A stretch of DNA of 64,000 nucleotides from Eledone cirrhosa (GCA_964016885.1 OZ024740.1:155434001-155498000); one strand, 5' to 3'. Positions 39,790-54,609 are shown, counted from the stretch's first letter. Notes: a model not told the origin generated them from the letters alone. Translations and numbers: made by a program.

Positions 39790-41579
39790 ACAACATCAGT
39801 CAATTTGTTTCCTCCCATTTATTTTACTGTTGACATCATAAATGATGCTGTTAAATTTCATGCAACACACAATGAGTGAGGATATATCAAACACAGAGGA
39901 ATGAGAAATCAATAAGAATGAGACAGACTTTTAAAGATGAACGGCAAGACATGAATATAAATACGATAAAAATATTTTTATGCTTAGACTTGACTCTCAC
40001 ACTTTTATCTCTAAAGTTACTTGCTATCATTCACACCTGACCACAATTAATAGTTAAGAGAGCCAATGGTTTCGTCAACAGTTCATGCTCTGTTATTTGA
40101 TGAGAGCATTATTCTCATCAAGTAATGTGGTTTCACATTACACAAAGACCCCTTTTATGGTAAGGAGAGAAATGTAGTTTCAGTAAATAACAAGTAGAGT
40201 AAATATTTACTAAAGCACCCAAAAGCCCTCGGCAAGGTATGGATGAAATGCCTTGTGATATTTATTTGGGTTCCTTTAATTCTGAGTTCAAATCTCGACC
40301 AATTTTGCCTTTCATCCATTTAAGGTCAATAAAATAAATATATGCTCTGGCTCTTTGCATTTTGAGTTCAAATCCTGCTTTCTGTCGCCAGAGAAATGTT
40401 GATATGATAAGAACTAGGGCCCCTATCATTAACACACCGATAGCTATAACTACTATAACAACAGAATATGTACGCTTAATAAATACTCAGGTAATGCCAT
40501 AAAATTCATTTGTAAAATAAATAATGCCATGATTAACTATGAAAGCATACGATTATAGAAAGTTATATAATTCATCTGGTCTTGCTCTTTATGCCAAGGT
40601 CTATGTAATATTCTAATATTAGCACATTTTAAGGAAGGGTATTGTTTACGAAATCAGCCCTGATACTTGACTGGTACTTTATTTTATCGATCCCAGAATG
40701 ATGAATCAAGTTGGATTTGGTTGGATTTGAACTCTAATCTTACATTACTGTCTTAAAAAAAGGTCACATTAGACAGCACAAATCTACATACAGTATAAGT
40801 CTGCTTGAATATGGCCTGTTGAATGCATAATGTTATTTAGTCTCCATGTCAGCACCAGTATTTAGCAAATCTATCATGATTTGTAGAATTGTTAGAGAAT
40901 CAGACAAAATTATTTACAGTATTTAGTTATGACCCTCTATTCCTTGCTAAATATTTTATTTCTTTTATTGTTATTAATTCATTATCAGAGCAGTAGATTG
41001 GAAGAATCCTTAAAGCATCATAAAAAATGTCTTGTTACCAGACTTTACAACCTGAGTTCAAATCCTGCCAAGATCAAAATTGCTTTTTATCATGCTGGGG
41101 TTGATAAAATAAAATAAAAGTCAAATAACAAAGGCCACCTCCCTGCTCACCACCATCAGCACACAGTTGGTTACCCGCAGGTGTGAGCCTCGTGAGTTGG
41201 AATGGTTCTTCCAGTGCGTCTCCCTCACCATCCTCCGGGGAAACACCTTCTCTATTCTATGCACCCGGGCAACCAGCACATAGCCCCCATTTATTCATAA
41301 TAGTGACATATGGGGAGAGCGGGAGAGACAGTGGTAGTGACAGTGAGAGTTTGGTTCCGTTGTGTTCGGACCTGGTGTATATGTATATATTTATTTACCG
41401 CACTTATACACACACAGACATTCATACTTACAATACAATAAATAACAAGGTCAATTTGATCGACTCAACCCATCCCCAAATCCATATGCTTATAGTGCTA
41501 ATGTTAGAATATTCCATAAACCTTGAAAACAATATATACTCATATATTGGTTTAAAGAGCTAAATTAGCTGCATTACGA

Positions 41580-41850
41580 GTGGTGAATTGGCAGTATCGG
41601 TGGAGGGACGGACATGCTTTCCAGCATAGTTACGTCCCTTTACAATCTGAGTTCAAATCCCGCCGAGGTTAACTTTGCCTTTCATCCTTATGGGGTCGAT
41701 AAAATAAAGTACCAGTAATACACTGAGATAATTGCTGGCCTTGTGCCAAAAGTAGAAACAATTATTATATACATTACGGGTAAAATAAAGTACCCATAAT
41801 GTACTGGGATAATTGCTGGCCTTGTGCCAAAAGTAGAAACAATTATTATA
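41580..41850 (+). mobile_element. SINE family A with duplicated 3' part
   Basis: Full copy to ~41770, second 3' segment at 41776-41850. Confidence 0.85.
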
Positions 41851-42390
41851 TACTTTGTGAATGATCAATGAAATAAATAACATTAATCAATTGAATGTCA
41901 GACTCATTAATAAGCATATAACTGGCTGAGTATTCCACAGACACATATACTGATGATGTAATTTCAAACTGAATCAGCATGACACTGTGCAACTTTCAGT
42001 TACAGATACAATTTATTTCTACCTAATTTATTCACATCATAGTTTGAATATATATTTCATATGAGATTTTATAGCAGTATTTATTAAGCATGCATATTTC
42101 TGCTAGTTTGTGTCGTAACTTGGGTGCACTAGAATTATTTCATCATCATCATCACCATTGATTAACGTTTATCTTCCATGCTAGCATGTGTTAGACGGGT
42201 TTGTCCCATTTAGAGGCAAGTAGGGTCAGGTGGCCATGTCTCACTCATATAGGACAGTTTCTGGCTGGTTTACTACGGCTGGATGTCCTTCCTAACGCCA
42301 ACCACATATATATATAAAGTGAATAAGATACAAGGAAAAACTGGGCAAAATCCGTTGAAAATTAAAGAAAGATTTATTGCATGTTATGGT

Positions 42391-42494
42391 CTCTTACACA
42401 TGTTTCAATGTAATTGTCTACAAGAGTTGAAAGAATATGTTACTTAAATTCACATTCTTCAACTGCTTATTTGCAATAGCATTTCTTCAGAGAG
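42391..42494 (-). ncRNA. Type I hammerhead ribozyme motif, long stem II, GUA triplet
   Basis: Minus strand CTCT-CTGAAGA-AATG...AGTTGAAGAATGTG...CATATTCTTTCAACT...CATT-GAAA-CATGTG-TA-AGAG. Confidence 0.75.
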
Positions 42495-42574
42495 GTCAAA
42501 GCTAGAAATAAAACTCAGTGGACCAGGTCATCAATATATAGTAATTAAAGCAGACAGTCAGCATATTAGTTCAA

Positions 42575-42772
42575 TAATAATAATAATTGTTTCTACTTTT
42601 GGCACAAGGCCAGCAATTATTCCAGTGTATTACTGGTACTTTATTTTATCGACCCCGTAAGGATGAAAGGTAAAGTTAACCTCGGCGGGATTTGAACTCA
42701 GACCATAAAAGGCCATAACTCTTTGCTTCAAAGCATGGCATACGACCCTCTACCGATACTGCCAATCCACAT
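42575..42772 (-). mobile_element. SINE family A
   Basis: Full core, box B and (AAT)n tail. Confidence 0.9.
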
Positions 42773-43149
42773 TAATGTGAATATTTAACATTAGAATAAG
42801 TAAATATGTAAATATAAAAATATAAAAATACATAGCTGTCCATTGTGATAAATGAGGAAGGGAATAAAGTAGTCATTGGAATTCAGTAGTCAGTCATTAG
42901 AGGAAATGGAAGTGGTGCCTAGTGAGTAGTGTATTCAGTAACTATAGTTCTTTATTATTACAGGGGGTATAAAGCTTGAGAGAGGAGATAGTGTGGTTGG
43001 AGTAACAAGATACTCATAGTATACAACTCCACAGACCACAATTAACCTGTAAGCTGCCTCTTCCTATTTTTTGTTTTGCATATTCATTTTACACTAATGT
43101 GAATTAGCCTACATAAACAGAAATTATTATTCCCTCTCGTATGTATATA

Positions 43150-43595
43150 ATAATGAAAATTATTGTGTACAGTGCTCAGGTACACTACAACTCATCAAAG
43201 GTGCATGTATAGTACATAGAATAATGTACAAATGTCAGGAAAGTGAACAGTGTATGAGTCATGATATATACACAGATATATGCGTGCATGTGTATGATGG
43301 GGCAATATCAGGTGTAGTGTTGGCGAATTTCGGGAAGTATGGAAGTTTTAAAGGATGCAGTATCCTGGCAGCTAACAACAGATGCAGGTAGTTTATTCCA
43401 TGTTTCAGCAACTTTGAGCGTGAAAAAATGTTTCAGAAAGTCATGGGAGCTGTGCTGTTTTCTGACTTTGTAAGCATATCCACGGCTGTTAAACACATGG
43501 AATTCAAAAAGGTGCTCAGGGTTGTTGTTGGCAAGATGGTTAATAATTTTGTGGGTGTCTACCAAGTCAGTTGCCAGACGCTGGAGCTTTAATGT
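43150..43595 (-). mobile_element. 3' end of a CR1/L2-like LINE
   Basis: ORF 43308-43649: LQRLATDLVDTHKII...FFTLKVAETWNKLPASVV...TASFK. Confidence 0.75.
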
Positions 43596-44242
43596 GTATA
43601 TATATATACATATTATATACACACACACACAGAGTATATATATATCCAATGGGCTTCATGGACCTTCCATCTACCTAATTCACTTATAAAGCATTGGTTG
43701 GCCTGAAAACTACAACAGAAGGCACCAGATCATGGCACCACACAGTTGGATAAAACCACAAACCCCATGGTTGTGAAGCAAATGTCTTAACTCACAGCTA
43801 TACTTGAAAAACAATAACTCCAATAAACATTATATTCATATGTACAGGTTCATGTGTCTTATAAACATTTATAAAATATTTACTGACATGTTTCCTTTGG
43901 ATATTTTTTTTTAAATTGTAAAGCAAAATATGAATCTAAGAAGTACATACAACTGTGTAAATAAAAACATTTAGTGTACTAAGTTCACCTATCAAACTTA
44001 GACTAAAATAACCTATTAGCTAACTCTTATGTTCCAACAACAGAAAGAGCAGCTGTGTAGAATAAGGATCAGAAATCTTTTTCTGATTTGTACATACAAT
44101 CACATCCAACACATTACAAATTTGAATAAATACGTAGCTTACAGGTGTATTGTTTAAATACAATACATATCACCATGTATGCATGTGTGTGTGCGTGTGT
44201 ATATATATACTATATAAATATTATATATACATATATATATAT

Positions 44243-45189
44243 GACAAAATCAGCAGTGGGGGAGGGTGCTCAGAAAGTACAGTAGCTAGAGTCAGAACTG
44301 GATAGAAAAAGTTCAGAGAGCTTATACCACTATTAGCTGCTAAAGGGTTCTCCCTAAAAATGAAAGGCAGGTTGTATGATGCCTGCATACGAACAGCAAT
44401 GTTGCATGGCAGTGAGACCTGGGCATTGTGTGCAGAGGATATACACAGACTAGAGAGGAATGAAGCTTGCATGCTCCGCTGGATGTGTAACAGTAATATA
44501 CGTGAACGGCAAAGCATAAACGAACTAAGGAAAAAATTAGAAATAAGAGGGATCAGATGTTGTTTACTCGAGAGAAGGCTACGTTGGTATGGACACGTGA
44601 TGCGCATGAAAGTCGATAGCTGTATAACAAAGTGCAGGGCAATAAAGATAGACGGTAGCCACGGAATAGGCAGACCTAGAAAAACCTGGGACGAGCTGAT
44701 AAACTCCGACCTCACACACTTACACCTCTCCAAGACAATGTCACTGGACCGAGACCTTTGGCGGTACTCAGTAACAGAGAAGACCCGCCTTACCTAAATA
44801 CATAGTAAAACCTACTACAGCCAGTAGGCATCTCTAACAAAATACACCCCGTCCCACCACCCCCACCCATCCACACCACCCCGTTCTATGTAAAGTTATG
44901 TCGGTGCCACGCCATCCAGGCCGAAACAAATGAGATCGTGTAGGTGTCACGACAAAAAAACACACAGTCCACGCTGTAATGTGGCCGTGTAGGCAACACG
45001 GTAAAAACCTCCCAGACCCACACTGTAAATGTGGTTGGTGTTAGGAAGGGCATCCAACTGTAGAAAACCTGCCAGACAGTCCTATGCGAGCAAGACAATC
45101 ACTCTTGCCTCAAGTGGGAATACCCCCGTCCAAACCCATGCAAGCGTGGAACACGGACGTTAAACGTTGATGATGATGATGATGATGAT

Positions 45190-45192
<3 letters not shown>
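44243..45192 (+). mobile_element. 5'-truncated young RTE LINE
   Basis: ORF 44360-44797, 3' UTR, (GAT)n tail. Confidence 0.95.
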
Positions 45193-45227
<35 letters not shown>

Positions 45228-45304
45228 ATGTATATTCATACATACAAACACACATACATACATACACACACACAGTAGAGTCAGACGTTTTATTAGTAAC
45301 ACAT

Positions 45305-47084
45305 ATTGGTGCAGTAGCATCATTGTCAACTGCTACAAAGGTAAAGGTGATGCACTAGATAGAGGAAACTATAGAGGTATAAAGCTGATGGACCAGGTCA
45401 TGAAAGTAACAGTTGATTAGGGACCGGGTGAAAATAGACGAGATGCACTTTGGGTTTGTACCAGGAAGAGGCACCACTGATGCCTTCTTCCTTGTGAGGC
45501 AGTTACAGGAAAAGTACCTAGCTAAAAGTAAGCCAATCTACCTGGCATTTGTCGACCTTGAGAAAGCCTTTGACAGAGTTCCACGTGCTGTAATCTGGTG
45601 GGCTCTTAGAAAACTAGGAGTAGATGAATGGCTTGTGAAAGCGGTACAAGCCATGTATAGGGGAGCAGTCAGCAAAGTTAGGATTAGCAATGAGTATAGC
45701 GAGGAATTTAGCGTACAGGTTGGGGTCCACCAGGGCTCTGTTCTTAGCCCCCTGCTGTTCATCATAGTCCTGCAGGCAATAACGGAGGAATTTAAGACCG
45801 GATGCCCATGGGAACTCCTGTATGCTGATGACCTCGCACTTATAGCTGAATCTATGGTAGAACTAGAGAATAAATTACAAACTTGGAAGCAGGGACTAGA
45901 AAGAAAGGGTCTCAAAGTCAACATGACAAAGACTAAGGTCCTTGTAAGTAGACGAGAAAACGGAACTCAGATCCCCTCAGGGAAATGGCCTTGCTCAGTA
46001 TGTAGGAAAGGTGTAGGTAGGAACTCCATTCTCTGCCCCAAATGCAAACAATGGGTACACAAGAGATGTAGCGGAATCTCAGGAAGCTTAATTAAGAATG
46101 TAGGCTTCACATGCAGCAGCTGTGCTGGGACAGCAGCAAGCAGCAAACAGCCACAGGAAACAAGTACCGCCAATCTCTGGGAGGGCTCTGTAGAAACAGT
46201 AGACAGCTGCTGCTACCTAGGTGACCGAATTAGCAGCGGAGGTGGGTGTTTAGAAAGTACAATAACTAGGGTAAGAACGGGATGGAAGAAGTTTAGGGAA
46301 CTACTACCACTGCTAGCTGCAAATGGCTTCTCCCTCAAAATGAAAGGCAGACTGTATGATGCGTGTATCCGAACAGCGATGTTGCATGGTAGTGAGACCT
46401 GGGCGCTGAAGGTGGAAGACTTACGTAGATTAGAGAGAAACGAAGCCTGCATGCTCCGATGGATGTGTAATAGTAATATACGCGAACGACAAAGCATAAA
46501 TGAATTGAGAGAGAGACTGAGCATAAGAGGAATCAAATGCTGTGTGCAGGAGAGGCGGATGCGTTGGTATGGACATGTGATGCGTATGAAGGATGACAGC
46601 TGCATAAAAAGGTGCAGAGCACTAGAAGTCGATGGAAACCGCGGAGTGGGGAGACCCAAGATGACCTGGGATGAGGTGATAAAAGCCGACCTTACCCAAT
46701 TACACCTCTCAAAGGCGATGACACACGACCGTGACCTCTGGCGTCACGCAGTAATACAGAGTACCCGACCTCCCATGGGTACAAGCTGAAGCATATAGAC
46801 AATATGCCCCCACAACCCCTACCGCAAGGTGGTCGTGGAGGTGCCATGGCAAAAAAGCACCCAGCCCACACTGTAAAGTGGACGTGTAGGCGCCACGAAA
46901 AAGCACCCAGCACTCACTGTAAATGAGGTTGGTGTTAGGAAGGGCATCCAGCTGTAGAAATCAAGCCAAATCAGTTCCTGTATGAGCAAGGCATGGTCAG
47001 CCGACCAGACACTGCCCACAACAGGACAACCCGTCTAACCCATGCTAGCGTGGAAGAACGGATGTAAAACGGTGATGATGATGA
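45305..47084 (+). mobile_element. 5'-truncated RTE LINE, distinct subfamily
   Basis: Uninterrupted 458-aa RT ORF at 45413-46789; different 3' UTR with shared GGAAGGGCATCC motif. Confidence 0.95.
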
Positions 47085-47088
47085 CATA

Positions 47089-48371
47089 CCGTGTTTCCCC
47101 GATTATAAGCCATGACTTATATTAATTTTTACTCCCAAATGTACCACTACGGCTTATTTTCGGGGGAGGGAGTTCACATACCGAAAAAACGACACTACGA
47201 AACTGAAAATTACAAATTCACTAAATGATTGGAAATTACGAAAACAAAAACAATCAGCATTTACGCGCAACGTTTACTTGAAAGATCAAATTTATTAAAA
47301 ATTAACACACCCTTTAATTCAAAATCTCATTAGCGAAATAATCCACTAATTTATTCAAAAATAATCATGTCATCCTGCTCTGGAATGTCATTGTCTTCCA
47401 AATCAGTGGATTCAATGATTCCTGTGGAATTTTCTTGTGACTCAATTGCCTGCAGAATTTTCGTCCCTAGTCTTTCATGTTGAGCAATAGGGGTCGAATT
47501 GAATGGAGAGTTCTTATCCAGATAGCCTGCTCATAGTGCATTCATGACACAGCTATCTGTGATTTTGTTCCATGAATTTCCCACCCAAGTCACGATCTCA
47601 TGGGCTTCATGAAATTTCCCCCGCTCATTTCTTGCCATTCTGTTTTCGATGTAGTCATTTATTTCCATGCGCAGATGGTCCTTGAATGGTTTATTCAGTG
47701 CGATGTCAAGAGTCTGGAGATAGGCGGTCATTCCAGCGGGAATCATGATTTGATCGATTCTTCTTTCTGCAAGAAAGTTCTTCATATCTTTGGCGTGGTG
47801 CGTGCTGGCTGAATCCCAGACTATGAGACCTCTTTGGGTTCCACACAAAATCAATGGCAGCATGAAATCGACCCACTTCCTTAAAACTGCATGTGTGCAC
47901 CACGCCTTTTCAGTTTCCAGAACACAGATACCTGAAACACGTTCAATTTTATCTTTCTTGCCTTTAGTGATGATAAGAGGTGAGGCTTTGCTTCCGTCGA
48001 GACGAATTGCCAAGATACACGTAACTCGTACACTTTCGTAACCAGTGGATGGAGTGTAAATGACGACACACCCCTTTGATCAATTGTAGATTGAGAGCTT
48101 TGACCCATGAATATTGCTGTTTCATCCATAGCAATCATGTTGGAGAGACGGTAGTTAGAAAAGTCTATTCCATCAAGAAAAGACTTAAATGCGAGTGCAC
48201 GTTTAATAATCTCAGTATCGTCCAGTTTGAATAGTGTTGTCGATCTTCTCAGAAAATTCGGCCATTTCTTTCTTTTGGTGTTCATTTTTGCTACGGCTTA
48301 TATTAAATCCATCCTGAAATATAGTGCTATGGCTTATTTTCGGGGGTGTCTTATAATGGGGGGTAACATGG
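47089..48371 (-). mobile_element. Decayed pogo/Tigger-like DNA transposon
   Basis: TIR-like CCGTGTTTCCCCGATTATAAG / CTTATAATGGGGGTAACATGG; ORF remnants MDET, WDSASTH, LQTLDIALNKPFK. Confidence 0.85.
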
Positions 48372-48548
48372 TTCATATGTATGTGTTATTAATAAAAAAT
48401 GACAATATAAATTTTTCTGGGTGGGTAATAATTATGGCCTTACATGGAGGAGGTATTTCATTCTTGCAAAGTTGATAAATAAAGTACCAGTCCATTAATG
48501 GGCTCAATTCTTCCTCTCTTTCTCTTTATAACACTCTCTTTCTCTGGA

Positions 48549-48649
48549 TGGCATGGGGTTCATCCTTCTCCAGCTTGGAACACAACTGATCTCTTTCTCT
48601 GGAAGAAATCAGTTGTGTTCCAAGCTGGAGAAGGATGAACCCCATGCCA
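48549..48649. repeat. Perfect 42-bp inverted repeat with 17-nt spacer
   Basis: 48549-48590 is the reverse complement of 48608-48649. Confidence 0.95.
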
Positions 48650-49419
48650 GGTTTTGAATACCCAAGACATATCAGGATAGAGCCCCTACAACTCCATCAG
48701 AAATTAAGGGACCTTTCCTTTTTCCTTTCTAAATGAGTAAGCTATCAAGAAAAGTTTAGTGCTTCTGAGTAAAAGCAAATAATTTCCAAGCAAAAAAGAC
48801 TTTCCAAAAAAATGTGTCACCTTCCGAGCTTGTGTTATTATCTGAAGATTTACTTTTTAAGCAAGAGTTAATTTTTTTAAACAAATGAGTTACTTTTTGA
48901 GCAAGAGTTAATTTTTTTAACAAACGAGTTACTATTTGAGCAAAATGGACTTTCAAAGCAAAATAATAATTTTTTTATGATTTTTTTTTTTTTTTTTTAG
49001 TGAAAGGGACTTTCCAAGTAAAAACATTACTTCCTGCTTTGTAAAAGAAACGATTTTTAAAATATTTTGTTTAAAGTGATTATTATCTGATATGTATGAT
49101 AAGTTTTCATACATATGTATGTATGAAAACTTATCAACAAAAAACAAACAAACGAAGGGGTTAAAAAAATGAGTATTCCCTTGCAAGTGTGGCAATGTGC
49201 CCTTTTATAAAACACTTCACACAATTTGCACCCTCTCCATTACCGTTCAGTCAAAATTGGTGCCAGACATTGTTTATATACCTCTTTGTCTAAACAATGG
49301 TAAGACTAAAAAGATAATTCTGGCATTTAGACAATATAAGAAACATAAAAAGGGGGAAGGGGTGGGGAATAAAAACAACAACAACATGCACTTTTGAAGT
49401 ACTCTATTTTGTCTATTAT

Positions 49420-49800
49420 GATTTGGTAGGCAGATAGATACATTGATAGATATATAGACAAGGATCAATAGAAACAGGCAGACTGACAGAAAGACAGACA
49501 GATAGATAGGCAAACAGAGGGTTAGATAGATAGTTAAATAAATAGACAGACATAGAAACACAAATAGACAGAGATAGATAAAAATATGGATAGTAAAAGA
49601 AATAGATTGTAAAATAAACAGACAGTCAGAAAGACACATATATATGTAGATATATAGGTAGACAGACAGATAAATAGACAGAAAGATAAGGCAAACACAA
49701 AGATAGGGAGGCAGATATACAAACAGATAGATAGACAAACAGGCACAAAGAAAGACAGACAGATAGATAGATAAACTGATGCATATATACCTAAAAAGAT
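49420..49800 (+). repeat. (AGAT/AGAC)n low-complexity tract
   Basis: Direct reading. Confidence 0.8.
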
Positions 49801-50414
49801 AAATAATTTTTAAAAAGTAGTTTAATTGGTAAAGAAAACAAAACAAGAGATATATAGATAGCTAGGTAAAAGAGTGTGTGTATACATGCATGTAGACATA
49901 TGTGCACACACACACATTATAGACAATAGGAATTGTTAAGCAGGTAGTGTGTATGATTAGATCTATAGTGAATGATGAAGATGATGATGATGATGCCAAC
50001 AATAATAATGTCTTTATATTGCTACCTGGATCGCCAATCCACCCCAATCTCCTTACATACATCCAATAAAACATAAGGGTTACAAAGACTCAGACATAGA
50101 CAAAACAAATTCATATAAAAAGATTGGGGAAGGGAATAGTGAAGATATGCAATATATACATATAAAGACATGTCAAAAATGTTTAATTACACAAATCATA
50201 AATTTATAACAACATCATTATTAGTTTTATGTCCTAATAATAACTACATCTGCCAGTAATTTGGGGAGGAGGGAAGAATTGGTTAAATTGATCCCTGGTA
50301 CTGGACTGGTGCTTTATTTTATCGATCCCGTAAGGATGAAAGGCAAAGCTAACCTCGGCAGGATTATATATATATATAAAAAAAAAAATAAAAAAATAAA
50401 TATATATATATAAA

Positions 50415-51306
50415 TGTCTGAGAGTAAACTTAGCCAAAACTAAAGTGGGAGAGAAGATAGGACCCTTTCAGGGAAGTGGCCCTGCTCAATGTGTAGAAAG
50501 GGAGTAGGCATAAACTCCATATGATCTACACAATGTAAATCTTGGGTAAACAAGAGATGTGGTGGGATAAAGGGTAGACTAACAGGATGGGAAGACTTTG
50601 TATTTGGAAGATGCCTAGGGGTAACTGAGGAGAAGAGCACCAGTGATGTATACCTATTCCAGTCACAGGAAGGACCCATAGAAGTGGTTAATAGCTTCTG
50701 TTATCTCGGCAACTTAATTAGTAATGGAGGAGGGTGTTCTCAGATCATAATAGCTAGAATAAGGATAGGATGGAAAGGGTTCAGAGAGCTAATCCCACTG
50801 TTGACCACAAAAGGTTTCTCCCTACATAAAATAGGATCGCTGTCTGACGACTGTATGCGAAATGCGATACTGCATGGTAGTGAAACATGGGCTGTGACTG
50901 CAAAGGACATGCATAGAATCGAGAGAAATGAAACAACCATGCTTTGTTGGATGTGCAATGTAGATGTGATAGAAAAGCAGAGCTTGGATGAAATGGGGGG
51001 AAAACTGGGTTTAAGAGGAATCCAAGCTGGTGTACAGGATAGAAGACTGCATTAGTATGTACATGTGTTGCACATGGACAATGATAACTGAGTGAAGAAG
51101 TGCCGGGAAATCCCAGTGGAAGGAAGACACAGAAGAGGTAGTCCAAGAAAGACCTGGGCAGAGATTGTGAGAACTGACCTAAAATCGCTGAGACTCACAG
51201 AGGAGATGACGAAGGAGTGCAATGAATGGAGAAATGTCATGCTGAGAAGGACCCATCCAACCCATGCAAGCATGAGAAAACGAACATAAAAACATGATGA
51301 TGATGA
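50415..51306 (+). mobile_element. Older RTE LINE 3' fragment
   Basis: ORF 50684-51055 (SFCYLG...ILHGSETWA), (GAT)n tail. Confidence 0.85.
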
Positions 51307-52029
51307 TATATATATATGTAGTCCAAGCTACAATGTCTGAATTAAAAATGGGATGATCATGACTGGAATACTTTTGATTATATGTCTACTCAATCAGGGC
51401 TGACTTGGAGCTCAACAACAACATATACTCAGATAGGGAAATTTATAAACAGAAACAGAACTAGGGATCTAGTCTTAATACTTTAAAACAAATTGAAATC
51501 TGTGAAAATCACCCAAGGACTATGAGATAGTGTTAAAAATATGCTTTTAGTATAGTTGATTTTAACCCACATCAGATTATACATGAATGTGTATAATCGT
51601 TTGAATAATGACAAACACTGTGTTGTTTGGCATATGAAGTTCAGCAGAATAAATATCATAATTTAAAAAACGGGCTGGTATCAGGAAGAGCATTCAGCCA
51701 TTGAATATTACACCCCCCACCATAGAAATACTTTGTTAAACTCATGCCAATGATGATGATGGTGATGGTGTTGATGATGAATTATGATTATGAGTTATGT
51801 CTCCAACATTTCATATGGATATTGTTATTTTTAGTAACAGTAGAACAATTGCAGGCAGTACTTCTGGGATTGGGCTGCTTAAGAAAGAGTTTCTATTCTT
51901 TTAAGCATTCATTGTTTTCTTATTGTTGTTGTTAACATCAGGCCCCTACTCTAACCAATTACCATTGGCATTGAAACTTTTTCGTTTCAAAACTCAATAT
52001 CTTTATATATCCAAATCTTTGTATTTTAA

Positions 52030-52217
52030 ATAATTGTTTCTACTTTTGGCACAAGGCCAGCAATTACCCAATGCATTACTGGTACTTTATTTTATCGACC
52101 CCATAAGGATGAAAGGCAAAGTTAACCTCAGCGGGATTTGAACTCAGATCATACAGGGAGGTAACTCTATGCTTCAAAGCATGGCGTCCGATACCGATAC
52201 TGCCAATCCACCGCCTT
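52030..52217 (-). mobile_element. SINE family A with target-site duplication
   Basis: CTTTGTATTTTAAATAAT on both sides (~52017 and ~52215). Confidence 0.9.
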
Positions 52218-53269
52218 TGTATTTTAAATAATGTTTTCATATCCTTGTGGTCTGTGATGTTTCTATTTATTGAGCATGACATATAAATTACAGTCATGTA
52301 TAATTTTTATTCTTTGATAATTATGCATGATTATTCAGAAATATACTCAGGAATTGGGTGTTCATCATATTTTTTTGAGGACTGTTGATGTTGTTGTTTA
52401 GCTACAGCTAAGTCCTTGTCTTTTATTTCTTTTTCAAATATAGTGCCCTTCTTTTAAGACAATGTGATGGGATTTGAGGGAAATTTGATTGCTATTTCTT
52501 ATACAGAAAACAACCATATGGAAACTCCCTCCCTGGCTTGTACAAGATTAGTTGTGTATATGTGCATGTGTGTGCATATGATTGGCATTATGAAGGGCAT
52601 CCAGCCATAGAATAACCAAGTCAAAGACAGATCATATTGGCAAGACGTGGTCACCTAACCTGGCTAGCCTCATAACATTATAACTTGTCTAACTCATGCA
52701 AGCATAAAAAATAGGTGTTAAATGGTAATGATGATTATTTATAATATATTCTCTGTAGGATTGTCGTTGTTTAGCCCCAGGTCAACACTGAGCAATACTA
52801 TTATCAAAACATTCCAGCTGTAAATATCTCATATTTGTGTATATCTTTGTAAAATAAAATTAGACCTTCATTGGTTTCAAGAATATATATGCAAGTTATT
52901 AAAACTATGGAATGGCCTACTCACCAAATTAACATATACATGGATACATATTCCACAGATACATGCACTCTAAACATAAGTCTCAGGGAGATTCAGTGTA
53001 ACATAGTGACACAGTGTGTGACGAGGCTGACTGTTTGAATTACAGGTACTGTCATTTGATGGGCTTCCAAACAGTTTTTGTCTACCCAATTTTAATTAGA
53101 AGGCCTGGGTCAACTCAAAGCTATGGTAAAAGACATTTGCCCATGATGCCAAACAGAACCTCATAATTGTGAAACGAGTAAAGTATTAGTTCAATATAAT
53201 TGGCTTTCCTCACATCCCCAAATTACTGGCCTAAAGTAGAAATCATTACTACTACTACTACTATTATTA

Positions 53270-53772
53270 TAGAGTTACGGCCCTTGCCATGCTGAGTTCA
53301 AATCCCGCCGAGGTTAACTTTACCTTTCATCCTTACGGGGGTCGATAAAATAAAGTACCAGTAATGCACTGGGTATTTGCTGGCCTTGTGCCAAAAAGTA
53401 GAAACAATTATTATTATTATGATTATTATCCTGCCAAAGTTAGCTTTGCCTTTCATCCGTACGGAGGTAGATAAATAAAGTACCAGTAATGCACTGGGCT
53501 CAATATAATCAACTTTCCCCTCCCACCAAATTGCTGGTTGTGCATATAGTAGAAGTCATTATTATGGTTATTATTATTATTGGATTGGCAGTATCGGTAG
53601 AGGGTCGGATACCATGCTTTGCAGCAAAGAGTTATGGCCCTTTTTGGTCTGAGTTCAAATCCCGCCGAGGTTAACTTTGCCTTTCATCCTTACAGGGTCA
53701 ATAAAATAAAGTACCAGTTATCCACTGAGATAATTGCTGGCCTTGTGCCAAAAGTAAAAACAATTATTATTA
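53270..53772 (+). mobile_element. Tandem SINE family A copies
   Basis: Cores at ~53270-53415, 53430-53580, 53581-53772 with (ATT)n tails. Confidence 0.85.
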
Positions 53773-54609
53773 TTCTAAGGTCTATAAAATAAATAGCAGA
53801 CAAGTACTGAGTGAGAGAGTTGATCTACATGATTATAGCCCCCACAACACCCACAGCAACCTCATCATAAAAAGTGTAACATTGTATCAATGTGGTAGAG
53901 TAATAGAAATGGCAGCAGCAGCAGTGACAGACTAAAATAAATGTTTTGTGGTATTTAATTACATTCCACATGGGCTGTTCTACATCTTACCAGGATCAAC
54001 TTTAACCCTTTTGACATCAAACCACCTGAAACAACCACTGGCTCTATGGTAAAAAAAACTGTTAGTTTTAAAGTGTTTATTTATCTAAAAACTTTCTATC
54101 ATAATTGTATATAAAAACTGTTTTAAGTTAAGCTCCAAACACCAGCTTAATACTGAGGAAGTTTGTGATTTTACTAAATCATTGCACATTCTTGATTATT
54201 TTCGAAATTATTTGAACATCATAGGAAATGTTTCTTTTTAATTTTTTTTTTTTTAATTAGAAACTGGGTACATTATGAAAGTAACAATATATTTTGGCAC
54301 ATACTGCTTTTCTATTTTTGTCACATCCTCTATGCCTTTCTCTACAAAATGGAGAAAGAGAGACAATTCCAAAGTAAAATGGCCAGATTTTTTTATATGA
54401 ATACGGAAGGGGGGGGGGGGGGGGTGTTAGATAAAATACAATTTAAATCTCTAATTTCGGGGTACAACATGGACATCCACTGAGACAACTAAAGGGTTAA
54501 TGCAGTTGACAGCTCACTTCATATCTCAGGCGTCAAGTACTGGTGATCAGTAGCCAAGTTACTTAATATACTTCTCCCTTGAGAATTATTGGTCTCATAT
54601 CAGAAAGTC

